Below, one piece after another: positions 28,038 to 38,010 of a stretch of 64,000 nt of DNA; position 1 is the stretch's first letter; every line of letters starts with the position of its first letter. Under the pieces are notes generated by a model, which saw only the letters and a program-made list of their open reading frames with translations, was not told the origin of the DNA and ran no database searches. The stretch is from Polyangiaceae bacterium. Its GTDB lineage: Bacteria; Myxococcota_A; Polyangia; Polyangiales; Polyangiaceae. Position numbers and translations under genes: made by a program. The stretch is from assembly GCA_965222375.1 (NCBI GenBank), contig CBDCTZ010000016.1, positions 2,464,001 through 2,528,000 on the forward strand, read 5' to 3'.

Positions 28038-29690
28038 ATGAGACGCAGTCGCATGGCATGGGCGGTCGTTGGGATCGCGCTGGGGATTGGGTGCAGCTCT
28101 GCGAACTCCCCGGGCGGGTCGGCTCCTGGGTCGAGTGGTGACGCATCCGTCGATGCGACAGCGGGCACGGGCGGCAGCGGAGGTAGCAGTGGTGGCACTG
28201 GCGGCTCCGAGCCAGTGATTGATGCCGGCCTGGGTGGCGACGCCGGTGTTGCACTGGTGTCCCCCGAGACCTGCGCGGAGGCCGCGCAGGTCAAGAGCTA
28301 CGTCGGGTGTGAGTTTTGGCCCACGCCGGTCGCCAACACCTTGCCGTCGCTGTTCGACTTCACCGCCGTCGTCGCCAACACCACTTCAAAGCTCGCAAAC
28401 ATCGTGATCGAAGGCCACGGAACCAAGGTCCAAGGCCAGGTGGCTGCCAACAGCCTAGGCAAGTTCGCGCTGCCCTGGGTGCCCAAGCTGAAAGGGCCCA
28501 ACTTCGATCCTGTCACGGGCAACCAGCCGGTGACGGATACCGAGCGTGTGGCCGACGGAGCTTATCGGCTCACCAGCAGTGTGCCGGTCTCCGTCTACCA
28601 ATTCAACGCGCTGCAGTACAAGTCGGACAGCTCGGATCCAAACAAGGACTGGAGCGCGTGCGGCGCCGGAGGATGCTTCTCCTTTTCCAACGATGCGTCG
28701 CTCCTGCTTCCCACCACCGTTCTGACAGGTAACGTTCGGGTGATCGGCTACCCGGGTCTGAAAGACGGCGGGATCATGTCCTACGTGGCCATTACGGGGA
28801 CGCAGCAGGCAACGACGGTCAAACTGAAGCTCGGTGCGAAGAGTCACGTCGCCGCCGGTGGTGGCATTGCGGCAGCGGGACCGGGCCAAGTCGTCTCCTT
28901 TGCCTTGACGCGCGGGGAAGTGGTTCAGTTGGTGGGCACGACGGGCGCGGATTTCAGTGGCACTTTGATTCAAGCTGACAAGCCGGTTCAGGTCATCTCT
29001 GGCGTGCCCTGCATCTTCGTGCCCGATGGCGCCGGGGCCTGCGATCACATCGAGGAGAGTGTGTTCCCAGTGGAGACCTTGGGTAGCCACTACTTCGTGA
29101 CCGCGCCTACAGGACCCGACGGCAAACCGGTCAAACACGTGGTTCGCCTGGTCGGCAACGTGAACAATACGACGCTGACGTACGCGGGGAGTGTGCCGTC
29201 GGCGGCGCCCGCCACTCTTCAGGCGGGAGAAGTGGTTGATCTCGGAGTGGTTGACGGGAATTTCGAGGTCAAGGCAAGCCAAGAGTTCGGCGTGGCCACT
29301 TTCATGCTCGGTGCGACCATCGTGGACAAGAAAGACCATCTGGTTGGCGATCCGTCGCAATCCCTTTCGCCGGCGGTGCAGCAGTATCGGAAACGGTACG
29401 TCTTTCTGGCGCCGAACGACTACGACGTCAGCTATGCGGACATCGTTGTGCCGGATGGTGCGAGCGTGAAGGTCGATGGAAATCCGATCTCAGCCACGCC
29501 CACGTCCATCAGCGGTGGGCATTCGGTGGTGCGCGTGCAACTCGACAGCACAAAGAGCGGTGTGCACTCTCTCGAGAGCGACCTGCCGGTGGGGCTCCAG
29601 ATCCTGGGTTACGGCCGTTACACCAGTTACCAGTACCCCGGGGGGCTCAACCTGGGTCTGATCGCGTCGCCGCCACCGCCCATCAAATAG
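28038..29690 (+). CDS. IgGFc-binding-domain lipoprotein
   Basis: GIGC lipobox; SYVGCEFW, FSNDASLLLP, ADKPVQV, CDHIEE, GDPSQS and SYQYPGG motifs. Confidence 0.85.
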   Translation: MRRSRMAWAVVGIALGIGCSSANSPGGSAPGSSGDASVDATAGTGGSGGSSGGTGGSEPVIDAGLGGDAGVALVSPETCAEAAQVKSYVGCEFWPTPVANTLPSLFDFTAVVANTTSKLANIVIEGHGTKVQGQVAANSLGKFALPWVPKLKGPNFDPVTGNQPVTDTERVADGAYRLTSSVPVSVYQFNALQYKSDSSDPNKDWSACGAGGCFSFSNDASLLLPTTVLTGNVRVIGYPGLKDGGIMSYVAITGTQQATTVKLKLGAKSHVAAGGGIAAAGPGQVVSFALTRGEVVQLVGTTGADFSGTLIQADKPVQVISGVPCIFVPDGAGACDHIEESVFPVETLGSHYFVTAPTGPDGKPVKHVVRLVGNVNNTTLTYAGSVPSAAPATLQAGEVVDLGVVDGNFEVKASQEFGVATFMLGATIVDKKDHLVGDPSQSLSPAVQQYRKRYVFLAPNDYDVSYADIVVPDGASVKVDGNPISATPTSISGGHSVVRVQLDSTKSGVHSLESDLPVGLQILGYGRYTSYQYPGGLNLGLIASPPPPIK

Positions 29691-29718
29691 GCCGGCCTCG
29701 AAGCAGTCGCCGCCGGGA

Positions 29719-29747
29719 GTAGCAGAGCAGGGGCGCTCGATCTACCC
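29719..29747. repeat. 29-bp direct repeat, copy 2
   Basis: Identical to 27778-27806. Confidence 0.9.
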
Positions 29748-29757
29748 TCGGGCCGTC

Positions 29758-30525
29758 ATGAAGATCATTCCGGTTCCCTGCTTGAGCGACAATTTTGCGT
29801 ACCTGATTCATTGCGACGGTTCGACGGCGGCCGCTGTGGTGGACCCGAGTGAGCACGGTCCTGTGAAGAAAGCGTTGAGCGACCACGGGCTGCAACTCGA
29901 GGCGATCTTGAACACGCATCACCATTGGGATCACGTGGGGGCCAACGAGGCGTTGCTCAAAGAAAACCCCAAGCTGCGGGTGTTCGGACATGAGTCGGAC
30001 TCGGGACGGATCCCAGGCCAGACTGACGAGCTCCAGCACGGGGAGGAGTTCGAACTCTTGGGACTCAGCTTTCGCGCGCTGCACATCCCGGGGCACACGA
30101 CGGGCGCCGTGGCGTATGCGGTTCAGGATGCGGTGTTCACGGGGGATACGTTGTTCGCGGCGGGCTGCGGGCGGCTCTTCGAGGGCACGCCCGCCATGAT
30201 GTACACATCCCTGAACGAGACGCTGGCGGCGCTGCCGGACGCGACTCGGGTGTTCTTTGGGCACGAGTACACGCTGAACAACTTGAAGTTCGCGGCCCAG
30301 GTGGAGCCGAGCAATGCCGCGATCACGGAAAAGGCCGCGCGGGTGAAGCAACAGCTTGCGGCCGGCACGCCCTCGACGCCCACCACTCTGGCGGAGGAGC
30401 GCTTGACCAATCCCTTCATGCGCTGCGACGAGAAGACGGTGCGAGCGCACTACACTCAGCTCGCCGACGGCGCGAAGGCCCAGGATGTTCTCGGTGCCAT
30501 TCGCGCGGAGAAAGACTCGTTCTGA
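29758..30525 (+). CDS. gloB: Hydroxyacylglutathione hydrolase (glyoxalase II)
   Basis: THHHWDH, PGHT, FTGDTLFAAGCGR, GHEYT and NPFMR motifs. Confidence 0.93.
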   Translation: MKIIPVPCLSDNFAYLIHCDGSTAAAVVDPSEHGPVKKALSDHGLQLEAILNTHHHWDHVGANEALLKENPKLRVFGHESDSGRIPGQTDELQHGEEFELLGLSFRALHIPGHTTGAVAYAVQDAVFTGDTLFAAGCGRLFEGTPAMMYTSLNETLAALPDATRVFFGHEYTLNNLKFAAQVEPSNAAITEKAARVKQQLAAGTPSTPTTLAEERLTNPFMRCDEKTVRAHYTQLADGAKAQDVLGAIRAEKDSF

Positions 30526-30528
30526 GCG

Positions 30529-31518
30529 ATGACGCGGCTCTCGTGGGTCCTGCTCGGCGCCAGCCTACTTCTGGGCTGTGACGCGTGCGGGAGCCACCAG
30601 ACCACCGACTCGGCCGCTGCGTCGACCCCGACGCCCATTCCCGCGGCCTCCGCGGCAACCGGCGCCACAGCTAGCGCGTCGCCGACCAAGCTCCGGGGCA
30701 AGCTGCAGCCCGCCAAAGAGCTTACCTTTAAATACGATGACACTCCCGCGGGGGGATTGGACGTGGTGGTTCGGATCCCGCCGCGCGTGAAGGGCGATCG
30801 CTTCCCGGTGCTGTTTGCATTCCACGGTCGGGGTGAGGCGTTCAAAGGACCTCGGCGCGGCGCTCGCGGCTGGATCGACGATTATTGGCTGCCCAAGGCG
30901 GAGGCACGGCTCTTCGCGCCGCCGCTGACGAGCAAAGATCTGCTGGGTCTGTCGGACGCGGCTCAGCTCGAGGGAATGAACGCGTCCCTGGCTTCGCAGC
31001 CCTATCGCGGGGTGATCGTGGTTTGCCCCTACACGCCGGACATTCTTCGAGGTCCTCGCAATCTGGATGCAGCTCGAGGCTTCGGTGGCTGGCTGGTGAA
31101 AGAACTGCTGCCCCGAGTGCATCGTGAAACGCCGAGCCTGAAGGGACGGGACTCCACAGGGATCGACGGCGTGAGCTTGGGTGGGCGGCTCTCGGTGCTG
31201 GTTGGCTTCGATCAGCCGAAGACCTTCGGTGTGGTGGCCGGTGTGCAAGCCGCCTTTGATGCGGAGGAAGTGGCCCGGGTCGTGGCACGAGCCAAGCGCG
31301 CGCGGGAGCAAGCCCAACAGACCGTTCGGCTGCTGACGAGTGACGGAGACTTCTTTCTCAATGCCAACAAGGTGTTGTCTACCCAGCTGAAGGCCGCGGG
31401 GGTGGCCAACCGCCTGGACGTCGTGCCCGGCCCCCACGACTACAAGTTCAACCGGGGGCCCGGCGTGTACGAGATGCTGCTCTTCCACGACCGCGCGCTG
31501 CGCAAGGGGAAGAAGTAG
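30529..31518 (+). CDS. Secreted esterase (alpha/beta hydrolase) lipoprotein
   Basis: LLGC lipobox; FHGRG, GVSLG, GPHDY. Confidence 0.75.
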   Translation: MTRLSWVLLGASLLLGCDACGSHQTTDSAAASTPTPIPAASAATGATASASPTKLRGKLQPAKELTFKYDDTPAGGLDVVVRIPPRVKGDRFPVLFAFHGRGEAFKGPRRGARGWIDDYWLPKAEARLFAPPLTSKDLLGLSDAAQLEGMNASLASQPYRGVIVVCPYTPDILRGPRNLDAARGFGGWLVKELLPRVHRETPSLKGRDSTGIDGVSLGGRLSVLVGFDQPKTFGVVAGVQAAFDAEEVARVVARAKRAREQAQQTVRLLTSDGDFFLNANKVLSTQLKAAGVANRLDVVPGPHDYKFNRGPGVYEMLLFHDRALRKGKK

Positions 31519-31700
31519 CCCCAGGCCTGTGCCGATGCGCCCAGGCGATGAAGTGCTACCGCCCCCTGTGACGAGGCGCCTGCGACGACCCTCCAGTCAT
31601 AGCCGGCGTCATCGAAGGAGTGGCTGCGCCTCCATGAACCCGCCGCGTGTTCGGCGCGATCTCAGCCAGCGCCGCGTGCAGTGCCCCGTTCGACCGCAGC

Positions 31701-32027
31701 CTAGCCATAGCCTTCGTCAGCGAGCAGGCCGAGCAGGCCTCGCACGGATCCACCGCCCCGATGCTCGAACGCCAAGCCGGCCTCGCCTCCGCCTACCCAC
31801 GCCACTCGAGCCTCCAGAGCCAGGGGCTCCCAGCGGTCCGGTGCCTGGACCCGAAGCTCCACGGAAAGTCCTGTGGATATCTCGTTGGCGAGCTCGATTC
31901 GCGCCCCTCCCAGGCACAAATCCACGATTTTCACGCTGTCGGAAAGGCCCATGCTGGGTGCCGAAAGCTGTCCACTCAGGCCGACGGGTCGGCGCTCGAA
32001 CGCCCGAAAGTGCGAAAATCTCGGCAT
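31701..32027 (-). CDS. PilZ-domain protein
   Basis: RAFER (RxxxR), DLCLGG, ARVAW. Confidence 0.75.
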   Translation of the reverse strand: MPRFSHFRAFERRPVGLSGQLSAPSMGLSDSVKIVDLCLGGARIELANEISTGLSVELRVQAPDRWEPLALEARVAWVGGGEAGLAFEHRGGGSVRGLLGLLADEGYG

Positions 32028-32154
32028 TGCCGGCTGGACGGAGCCTAACACGGTCCGCGCGCGAAGGACTTGGGGTCTACTCTCGGGCTCCGCTAGGATA
32101 GGCTCCTCACCTTGAAGTGCCGCGAGGCACATCCATCCCGGAGAACGACGGTAC

Positions 32155-33561
32155 ATGGCCCAGGACACGCGCAAGGACCCGCGGGCGAAGGTTTTGACGA
32201 TGACAGTGCGCTACAAGAGCGCCACCATCGACGAGTTCATCGAGCACCACTCCCACGATGTCAGTCGTGGCGGAATGTTCATCAAGACGCCATCGCCGTT
32301 TCCACCTGGCACCTTGTTGAAATTCGAGGTGAAAATCGCCGACGACCAGAAGGTGATGCAGGGTGTTGGCCGCGTTGTGTGGAAGCGCGAGCCGCCCGAA
32401 GCCGGCGAGGACCAACCCTCGGGCATGGGCGTCAAGTTCATCAAGATCGATGACGGCTCCATCAAGGTCATCGAAGAGCTCGTCACCACGCGAGGAGACG
32501 AGCCCGGTGCCTACGATGCGGAAGCAACTGCCGCAGGCGCATCCCTGACTCCGGCTGCGAAGATGTCTGACAAGCCGTCAGCACCTGCCCCCGCGGCCGC
32601 TGCCAAGGCGCCGACGCCGGGGGAGCCGCCTCGCAAAGCCACGATGATCGGCTTGGGTGCGATCGGTACGACGCCCAAAAAGGCGGCGGAGCCCGAACCC
32701 AAGCCCAAGCCCGCCGCAGAAGAGTCCAAGAAGGTGGATGACGCCGGTGGCGGTGCCTTCTTCCCGGAGACGGATTCCGAGGCTGACCAGCCGCCGCCCG
32801 AGGACCGCACGGTGATGAAACAGGCCGCGGAACTGCTCGCCGACGCCCTGCGCGAGGCTGGCGGGTCCATGGACGAAGTCGGATCCGCGGACGCCAAGAA
32901 GGAGGAGGCGAAAGACGCCCCCGCCGACGAGGCCAAGGACGACGAGAAGGACGACGACAAGGCAGCTGCTGCGGCCGCCAAGGCCAAGTCCGAGCCTCCT
33001 GCCGAGAAGAAAGAAGAAAAGGAAGAGAAGAAGCCAGCTGCCGCCGCGGCGTCAGTGGAGAAGAAGGAGCCGGCCCGCCCGGCCGTGCCCGCCGCAGCAT
33101 CGATGCCGCCCCCAGCTGAAGAAGGTGGCGGCGGAGGCAAGATCATCTGGTTGCTGGTCGGCGTGGCCGCCGTTGCCGGGATCGCGTTCTTCCTGACTCG
33201 CAAGCCCCCGGAGGAGCCGGCGCCCCCGGCGCCGCCCGTCACGGCGACCGAGACCGAAACCGCCGAAGAGCCCCCGGAAGAGCCGGCGACCGAGGACGCT
33301 GCCGCACCCGCTGCCGAGCCCGATGCCGCCCCGGAAGAGCCCCCGGATCCCGCGCCGGCGCCCAAACCCGTGGTGGTCGCGCCCAAGCCTGCGCCCAAGC
33401 CCGTGGTGGCGCCCAAGCCCGTGCCGGCGCCGAAACCGGTGCCTAAGCCGGTGCCCAAGCCTGCGCCTGTCGTGAAGCCTGCGCCGGCCCCAGCTCCGGC
33501 TCCCGCTCCCGCGCCCGCCCCGGCACCCAAGCCGACCACGGGCAGCGACAATCCGTACTGA
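32155..33561 (+). CDS. TIGR02266-type PilZ-like membrane protein with a Pro-rich tail
   Basis: RKDPR, DVSRGGMFI, GRVVW, GMGVKF; TM helix; PAPKP repeats. Confidence 0.8.
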   Translation: MAQDTRKDPRAKVLTMTVRYKSATIDEFIEHHSHDVSRGGMFIKTPSPFPPGTLLKFEVKIADDQKVMQGVGRVVWKREPPEAGEDQPSGMGVKFIKIDDGSIKVIEELVTTRGDEPGAYDAEATAAGASLTPAAKMSDKPSAPAPAAAAKAPTPGEPPRKATMIGLGAIGTTPKKAAEPEPKPKPAAEESKKVDDAGGGAFFPETDSEADQPPPEDRTVMKQAAELLADALREAGGSMDEVGSADAKKEEAKDAPADEAKDDEKDDDKAAAAAAKAKSEPPAEKKEEKEEKKPAAAAASVEKKEPARPAVPAAASMPPPAEEGGGGGKIIWLLVGVAAVAGIAFFLTRKPPEEPAPPAPPVTATETETAEEPPEEPATEDAAAPAAEPDAAPEEPPDPAPAPKPVVVAPKPAPKPVVAPKPVPAPKPVPKPVPKPAPVVKPAPAPAPAPAPAPAPAPKPTTGSDNPY

Positions 33562-33647
33562 TTTCCAACATTTGAGGGCGAAACAATTTCGCCCTGGATG
33601 GGGATCGCCCCTTCGAGTCGGCCCAGCGCTGTTCTAAGCTAACCGCG

Positions 33648-35924
33648 ATGTCGGGGCCTACAGATGCAGGGAGCTCCGACCCACGCGTCGGGACCACGCT
33701 TTCTGAGCGTTACCGCATCGACGCGCTCTTGGGCGAAGGGGGCATGGGCAAGGTCTACGCCGCCGAGCACGTGCTCATGCGCAAGAAGCTCGCGGTCAAG
33801 ATCCTGCACCGTGAACTGACCAGTGTTCCCGAGGTCGTGCAGCGCTTCGAGCGCGAGGCGATGGCGGCAGCGAACATCGATCACCCCAACGTCGCCGCAG
33901 CCACGGACTTCGGCAAGCTCGGCGACGGTTCGGTATTTCTGGTGCTCGAGTTCATCGAGGGCGAGAACCTTCGAGATGAAATCGCGAAGGGTGTCATGCC
34001 CGTCGAGCGCGCCCTGCACATCGCGCGGCAAATCGCGTCGGCCCTGGCAAGCGCCCATGAGCTGTCGATCGTTCACCGGGATCTGAAGCCTGAAAACGTG
34101 ATGCTGGTCGACAAGGGTGACGACCGAGATTTCGTGAAGGTGCTGGACTTCGGGATCGCCCGAGTTCCGATCGGGGAAACCACCGATGGCTCGAAGCCGA
34201 TCACCAAGGTCGGCATGGTGTTCGGGACGCCGGAGTACATGGCGCCGGAGCAGGCCCTTGGACAGCCCGTGGATGGTCGCGCGGATACCTACGCCCTGGG
34301 TGTGATCCTGTTCGAGATGATCTCGGGAGTTCGGCCCTTTTCGAGCAAGAGCCCCGTGGGCATTTTGGGCCAACAGTTGTCCAAGCCGCCCCCCACTCTC
34401 GCGGAACGCTCCCCAGGACTCGTGGTTCCGCCTCAAGTCGAAGTCCTACTTCAGAAGTTGCTCGCGAAGGAGGCATCGGATCGCCCGGACCATGCCAAAC
34501 AAGTTGTGGCCACGATCGAAGAACTGATTGGCCCCACTCCCGGCAAAGGCTCCCACAAGTTCACGGTGCCCCGGGGCTCCACCGGAGTCGAGGCTGGGGC
34601 CGCGCCGGGCCCGTTTTCTTCCATTCCGGATTTGGAAGCGCCGTCGGATCCGGCCTTGAGCGTGCCAATCCTATCTCCGGTGCCGCCGGTGGTCGCCAGC
34701 GCCCCCAGTTGGGAAGTGCCCGACGGCGAGCTGCCAAGCGCGCCCGAAGCCGAGCATCTCAGCGTGCCCGAGGCACGACCGCCCATGGGGAGTGTGGACC
34801 AGAGCGGACCGCACTCCGCGGTCAATCCGCTGCTCAGCGCCGAGCAGAGCGGACCGCACTCCGCGGTCAATCCGCTGCTCAGCGCCGAGCAGAGCGGACC
34901 GCACTCCGCGGTCAATCCGCTGCTCAGCGCCGAGCAGAGCGGACCGCATTCGGCAGCAGGCCCCCTGCTGGGCGTCGACCAGAGCGGGCCCCACTCGGCG
35001 ATGCGCAGTGCCACGGACTTGGGGGATGAAGTGAAGCGCGGCTGGGAGCGACTCCTCGACGCCGTGGATGACTTGCGAGACAAGCTGCCGCCCAACATTC
35101 GCAAGCCGTTGAAGGACGTGCCGACGGTAGCTTTCGTGATTGCAGCGGTCGTCATCGTGGCAGGCGCTTTGGTTGGGCTGATAGCGATTGTGGTGGCCGT
35201 GGCCTCGAGCGACGACACGCCGGCGCCGACCGCGAGCTCATCGGCGACCGCCGTGCCGTCAGCCACGGTGGCTCCGCCGGTAGATGCGCCAGCCGCTTCC
35301 AAGGCTGAACTAGCCAGCGCCAAGGCCGAAGGCGCCGAAGGGCTGCAAGCCCTAGCAGAGAAGTTCCCGAAGGACGCACGCATCCCGGTGGAACTCGCGG
35401 TGATGCAAACCAGTAAGCGGAAATACAAGGAAGCCGTTGCCGCAGTCGAGGCCGCGCTCGGCGTCGATGAGAAATCCAGCGCGGATCCCCGGGTCGCTAC
35501 GGTCCTCTTCACCGCAGCGCAAAAGCCTCAGGCCTCAGCCGATGCGTTTCGATTGCTGCAAGGGCCGATGGGGGCCAAGGGCGCGGATATCGTCTACGAT
35601 CTGAGCCGCGCCGGAAATGTGACCGCCCGCCGGCCCGCCAAGAGGTGGCTCGCGACGCCGGAGTTCCAGCAAGCGTCGAGCCCGTCCCTCAACGTCTTGG
35701 TTGCTCTCGACTCAGCGAAGACTTGCCGCCAGCGCTACGCGCTTCTGATGCGGGCCAAGAACGTGGGTGACGCCCGGGTGCTCAAGACCCTTACCGGCTA
35801 CAAGTCGAAGCGGGCGGGCTGTGGGCGTGGGGGCAACAGCGACTGCAACCCCTGCATGCGGGATGACGACCGCCTGGACCTCGCCATCGCAGAGATCGAG
35901 AAACGGGTCGGGGGTGCCAAGTAG
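33648..35924 (+). CDS. Membrane Ser/Thr protein kinase
   Basis: GEGGMG, AVK, HRDLKPEN, DFG, GTPEYMAPE; TM helix. Confidence 0.93.
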   Translation: MSGPTDAGSSDPRVGTTLSERYRIDALLGEGGMGKVYAAEHVLMRKKLAVKILHRELTSVPEVVQRFEREAMAAANIDHPNVAAATDFGKLGDGSVFLVLEFIEGENLRDEIAKGVMPVERALHIARQIASALASAHELSIVHRDLKPENVMLVDKGDDRDFVKVLDFGIARVPIGETTDGSKPITKVGMVFGTPEYMAPEQALGQPVDGRADTYALGVILFEMISGVRPFSSKSPVGILGQQLSKPPPTLAERSPGLVVPPQVEVLLQKLLAKEASDRPDHAKQVVATIEELIGPTPGKGSHKFTVPRGSTGVEAGAAPGPFSSIPDLEAPSDPALSVPILSPVPPVVASAPSWEVPDGELPSAPEAEHLSVPEARPPMGSVDQSGPHSAVNPLLSAEQSGPHSAVNPLLSAEQSGPHSAVNPLLSAEQSGPHSAAGPLLGVDQSGPHSAMRSATDLGDEVKRGWERLLDAVDDLRDKLPPNIRKPLKDVPTVAFVIAAVVIVAGALVGLIAIVVAVASSDDTPAPTASSSATAVPSATVAPPVDAPAASKAELASAKAEGAEGLQALAEKFPKDARIPVELAVMQTSKRKYKEAVAAVEAALGVDEKSSADPRVATVLFTAAQKPQASADAFRLLQGPMGAKGADIVYDLSRAGNVTARRPAKRWLATPEFQQASSPSLNVLVALDSAKTCRQRYALLMRAKNVGDARVLKTLTGYKSKRAGCGRGGNSDCNPCMRDDDRLDLAIAEIEKRVGGAK
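34797..35000 (+). repeat. 45-bp coding tandem repeat (~4.5 copies) in the kinase linker
   Basis: [DE]QSGPHSAVNPLLSA units. Confidence 0.9.
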
Positions 35925-35937
35925 CGCCCGCCGGCGC

Positions 35938-38010
35938 TCAAGGGACCTTGCGACCTGCTTTGCGGTCGGCGATGGCCATGCGGATGACTTGTTTGAAGCG
36001 AGCTAGCGGCTGGGCGCCGGATAGGAAGTAGCCGTTGATCACCGTGCCTGGAGTGCCTCGGATCCCGGCGGCTTTGGCAATGTCCTCGTCGGCTTTGATC
36101 TTCTTGTCATGGCGACCGTCATCGAGGGCTTTCTTGAACCGAGCCACGTCGAGGCCGATACGTGACGCATAGCCTTCGAGGTCTGCCCGCTTGAGGTTCT
36201 TCTGGCTCTCGAACAGCAGCTTGTGCATGGCCCAGAAGCCCTTGTTGCCCTTTTGGGCGAAGGCTTCCAAAGCCGCTGCCGCCGCGGGGCGGGCATCCTT
36301 GTGGAACGCCAGCGGCAGGTTCCGCCACACGATGCGCACCTGACCCGGGAAAGCTTTTTCCACTTTGTCCAGGGTCGGCTCCAAGCGCGAACAGAACGGA
36401 CACTGAAAGTCCGAGAACACCTGGAGCACGATCGGCGCCCAGGCCTTGCCTCGGCTAGGCAAGCCCCGGCCCGCCGCGGGGATCTTCTTGGTTTCTGGCG
36501 GCTTGGGGCCCTTGCCGTCCTTGATGATCTTTGCGTAGACCATCGCCTTGGGCGTGCCGGCTTGAACCATCGCCTCGGCCTTGGCGAGCTGCTCGCGCAC
36601 GAGTTTTTCGAACTTGGCCAGGGGCTGCGCACCCGAGAGGCGGCGACCGTTGATGAAGAAGTGCGGCGTGCCGCGGGCTTCGAGCCCGAAGGCCAGATCT
36701 TGGTCGGCCTGGATCTTCGAGTCGTGGGTCTTCTTCTTCAACGCCCACTTCACGCGGGCTGGGTTCAGCTTCAGGTCCTTGGCGATCTGTAGCAGCGCTG
36801 GCTCGTCCATGGGTGCGGGCGCCGCGAACAGAGCTTTGGTTGCCGCGAAGAAACCCTTGTTGCCGCGTTGGGCGCGCGCTTCCATCGAGAGCGCGGCGGC
36901 GGGGCGAGCGCCTTGGTGAAAGGGCAGCGGATTGTGCTTGAACACGAAGCGCAGCTTGCCCGGGAACTTCGCGTCCAGCTGCTTCAGGGTGGGCTGCACC
37001 TTGCGGCAGTAGGGACACTCGAAGTCCGTGAACTCGACGATGGTCACCAAGGCGTTCGCGGGGCCCTTGGTTGGTGACTTGCCAATCGGCACCTTGTAGA
37101 CAGCGAGGTCGTTCTTTGGTGTGCGGCGGGGGCTCGACTTCTTGTAGGGGACGAAGTTTTCGGCGACGCGATGGGCGTATACGGCGTTGGGAGGCGTTCC
37201 CTTGCGTGCGAGCTGCTTGGCGGCCTCGAGCTCCGCGTCGATCAGCTCTCGGAACTTGTCGGCGGGCTGTGCACCGGCCAAGGTTGCGCCGTTGATGCGG
37301 AAGGCTGGCGTGCCCACGGCGCCGATCTTGTTGGCCAGCTCCGTGTCTGCCTCGACTTTGCTGCGCAGCTTCGGATCGCGAACCCGGTCGATGAGGGCGC
37401 GTTGGCTCACGCCAACGTCCTGAGCCCAGCCCACTAGGTTGTCATCAGTGAGCACTCGCTGACCCTGGAACAGAGAGTCTACGTAGGTATCGAAGGCGTC
37501 GATGCCGCGCAGTTCGAAGACCGCCTGCGCAGCGATGGCGGCGGGCAAAGCGTCCTTGTGAAAGGGTAGGGGGTGGTGCTTGGTCACGACCCGGAGCTTT
37601 TCGGGGCCGTACTCGCGCTTGATCTGCTGCACGGTGGCGTGGGCCCTCGAGCAGAAAGGACACTGGAAGTCCGTGAACTCCACGAGGGTGACGGGCGCGT
37701 TGGGGTTGCCCCAAACGGCGTCTGCGCTCGTTATTGGGATCTGCTCTGAACTCGGACCCGGGTCCCGCGACCCAGAAACGAAAGTGAGGCTCTCCTCTGC
37801 GGCCAGGGACTCTTCGACGGCGGAGGGCGTTGCGAGGTCGACCTCGGCCGCTCCAGCGGCTTCGCCCTTGCCCCCGGCGCCCGGGCCGCACGCAACAAAC
37901 ACGAAAGCCAGAGCAACTGCGAGGGTTGCCCTGGCCCAGGTGAGGTTTCGCGCGGACCGAGGGCGGAGCCCGCTTTGGGCAAGCTCCGCCGACGGCTGCG
38001 CTCGTGTCAC
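35938..38010 (-). CDS. Triple DsbA/thioredoxin-domain lipoprotein
   Basis: CPFC, CPYC and CPFC, each followed by a GTP motif; FVAC lipobox; GTGA overlap with the neighbour. Confidence 0.85.
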   Translation of the reverse strand: MTRAQPSAELAQSGLRPRSARNLTWARATLAVALAFVFVACGPGAGGKGEAAGAAEVDLATPSAVEESLAAEESLTFVSGSRDPGPSSEQIPITSADAVWGNPNAPVTLVEFTDFQCPFCSRAHATVQQIKREYGPEKLRVVTKHHPLPFHKDALPAAIAAQAVFELRGIDAFDTYVDSLFQGQRVLTDDNLVGWAQDVGVSQRALIDRVRDPKLRSKVEADTELANKIGAVGTPAFRINGATLAGAQPADKFRELIDAELEAAKQLARKGTPPNAVYAHRVAENFVPYKKSSPRRTPKNDLAVYKVPIGKSPTKGPANALVTIVEFTDFECPYCRKVQPTLKQLDAKFPGKLRFVFKHNPLPFHQGARPAAALSMEARAQRGNKGFFAATKALFAAPAPMDEPALLQIAKDLKLNPARVKWALKKKTHDSKIQADQDLAFGLEARGTPHFFINGRRLSGAQPLAKFEKLVREQLAKAEAMVQAGTPKAMVYAKIIKDGKGPKPPETKKIPAAGRGLPSRGKAWAPIVLQVFSDFQCPFCSRLEPTLDKVEKAFPGQVRIVWRNLPLAFHKDARPAAAAALEAFAQKGNKGFWAMHKLLFESQKNLKRADLEGYASRIGLDVARFKKALDDGRHDKKIKADEDIAKAAGIRGTPGTVINGYFLSGAQPLARFKQVIRMAIADRKAGRKVP

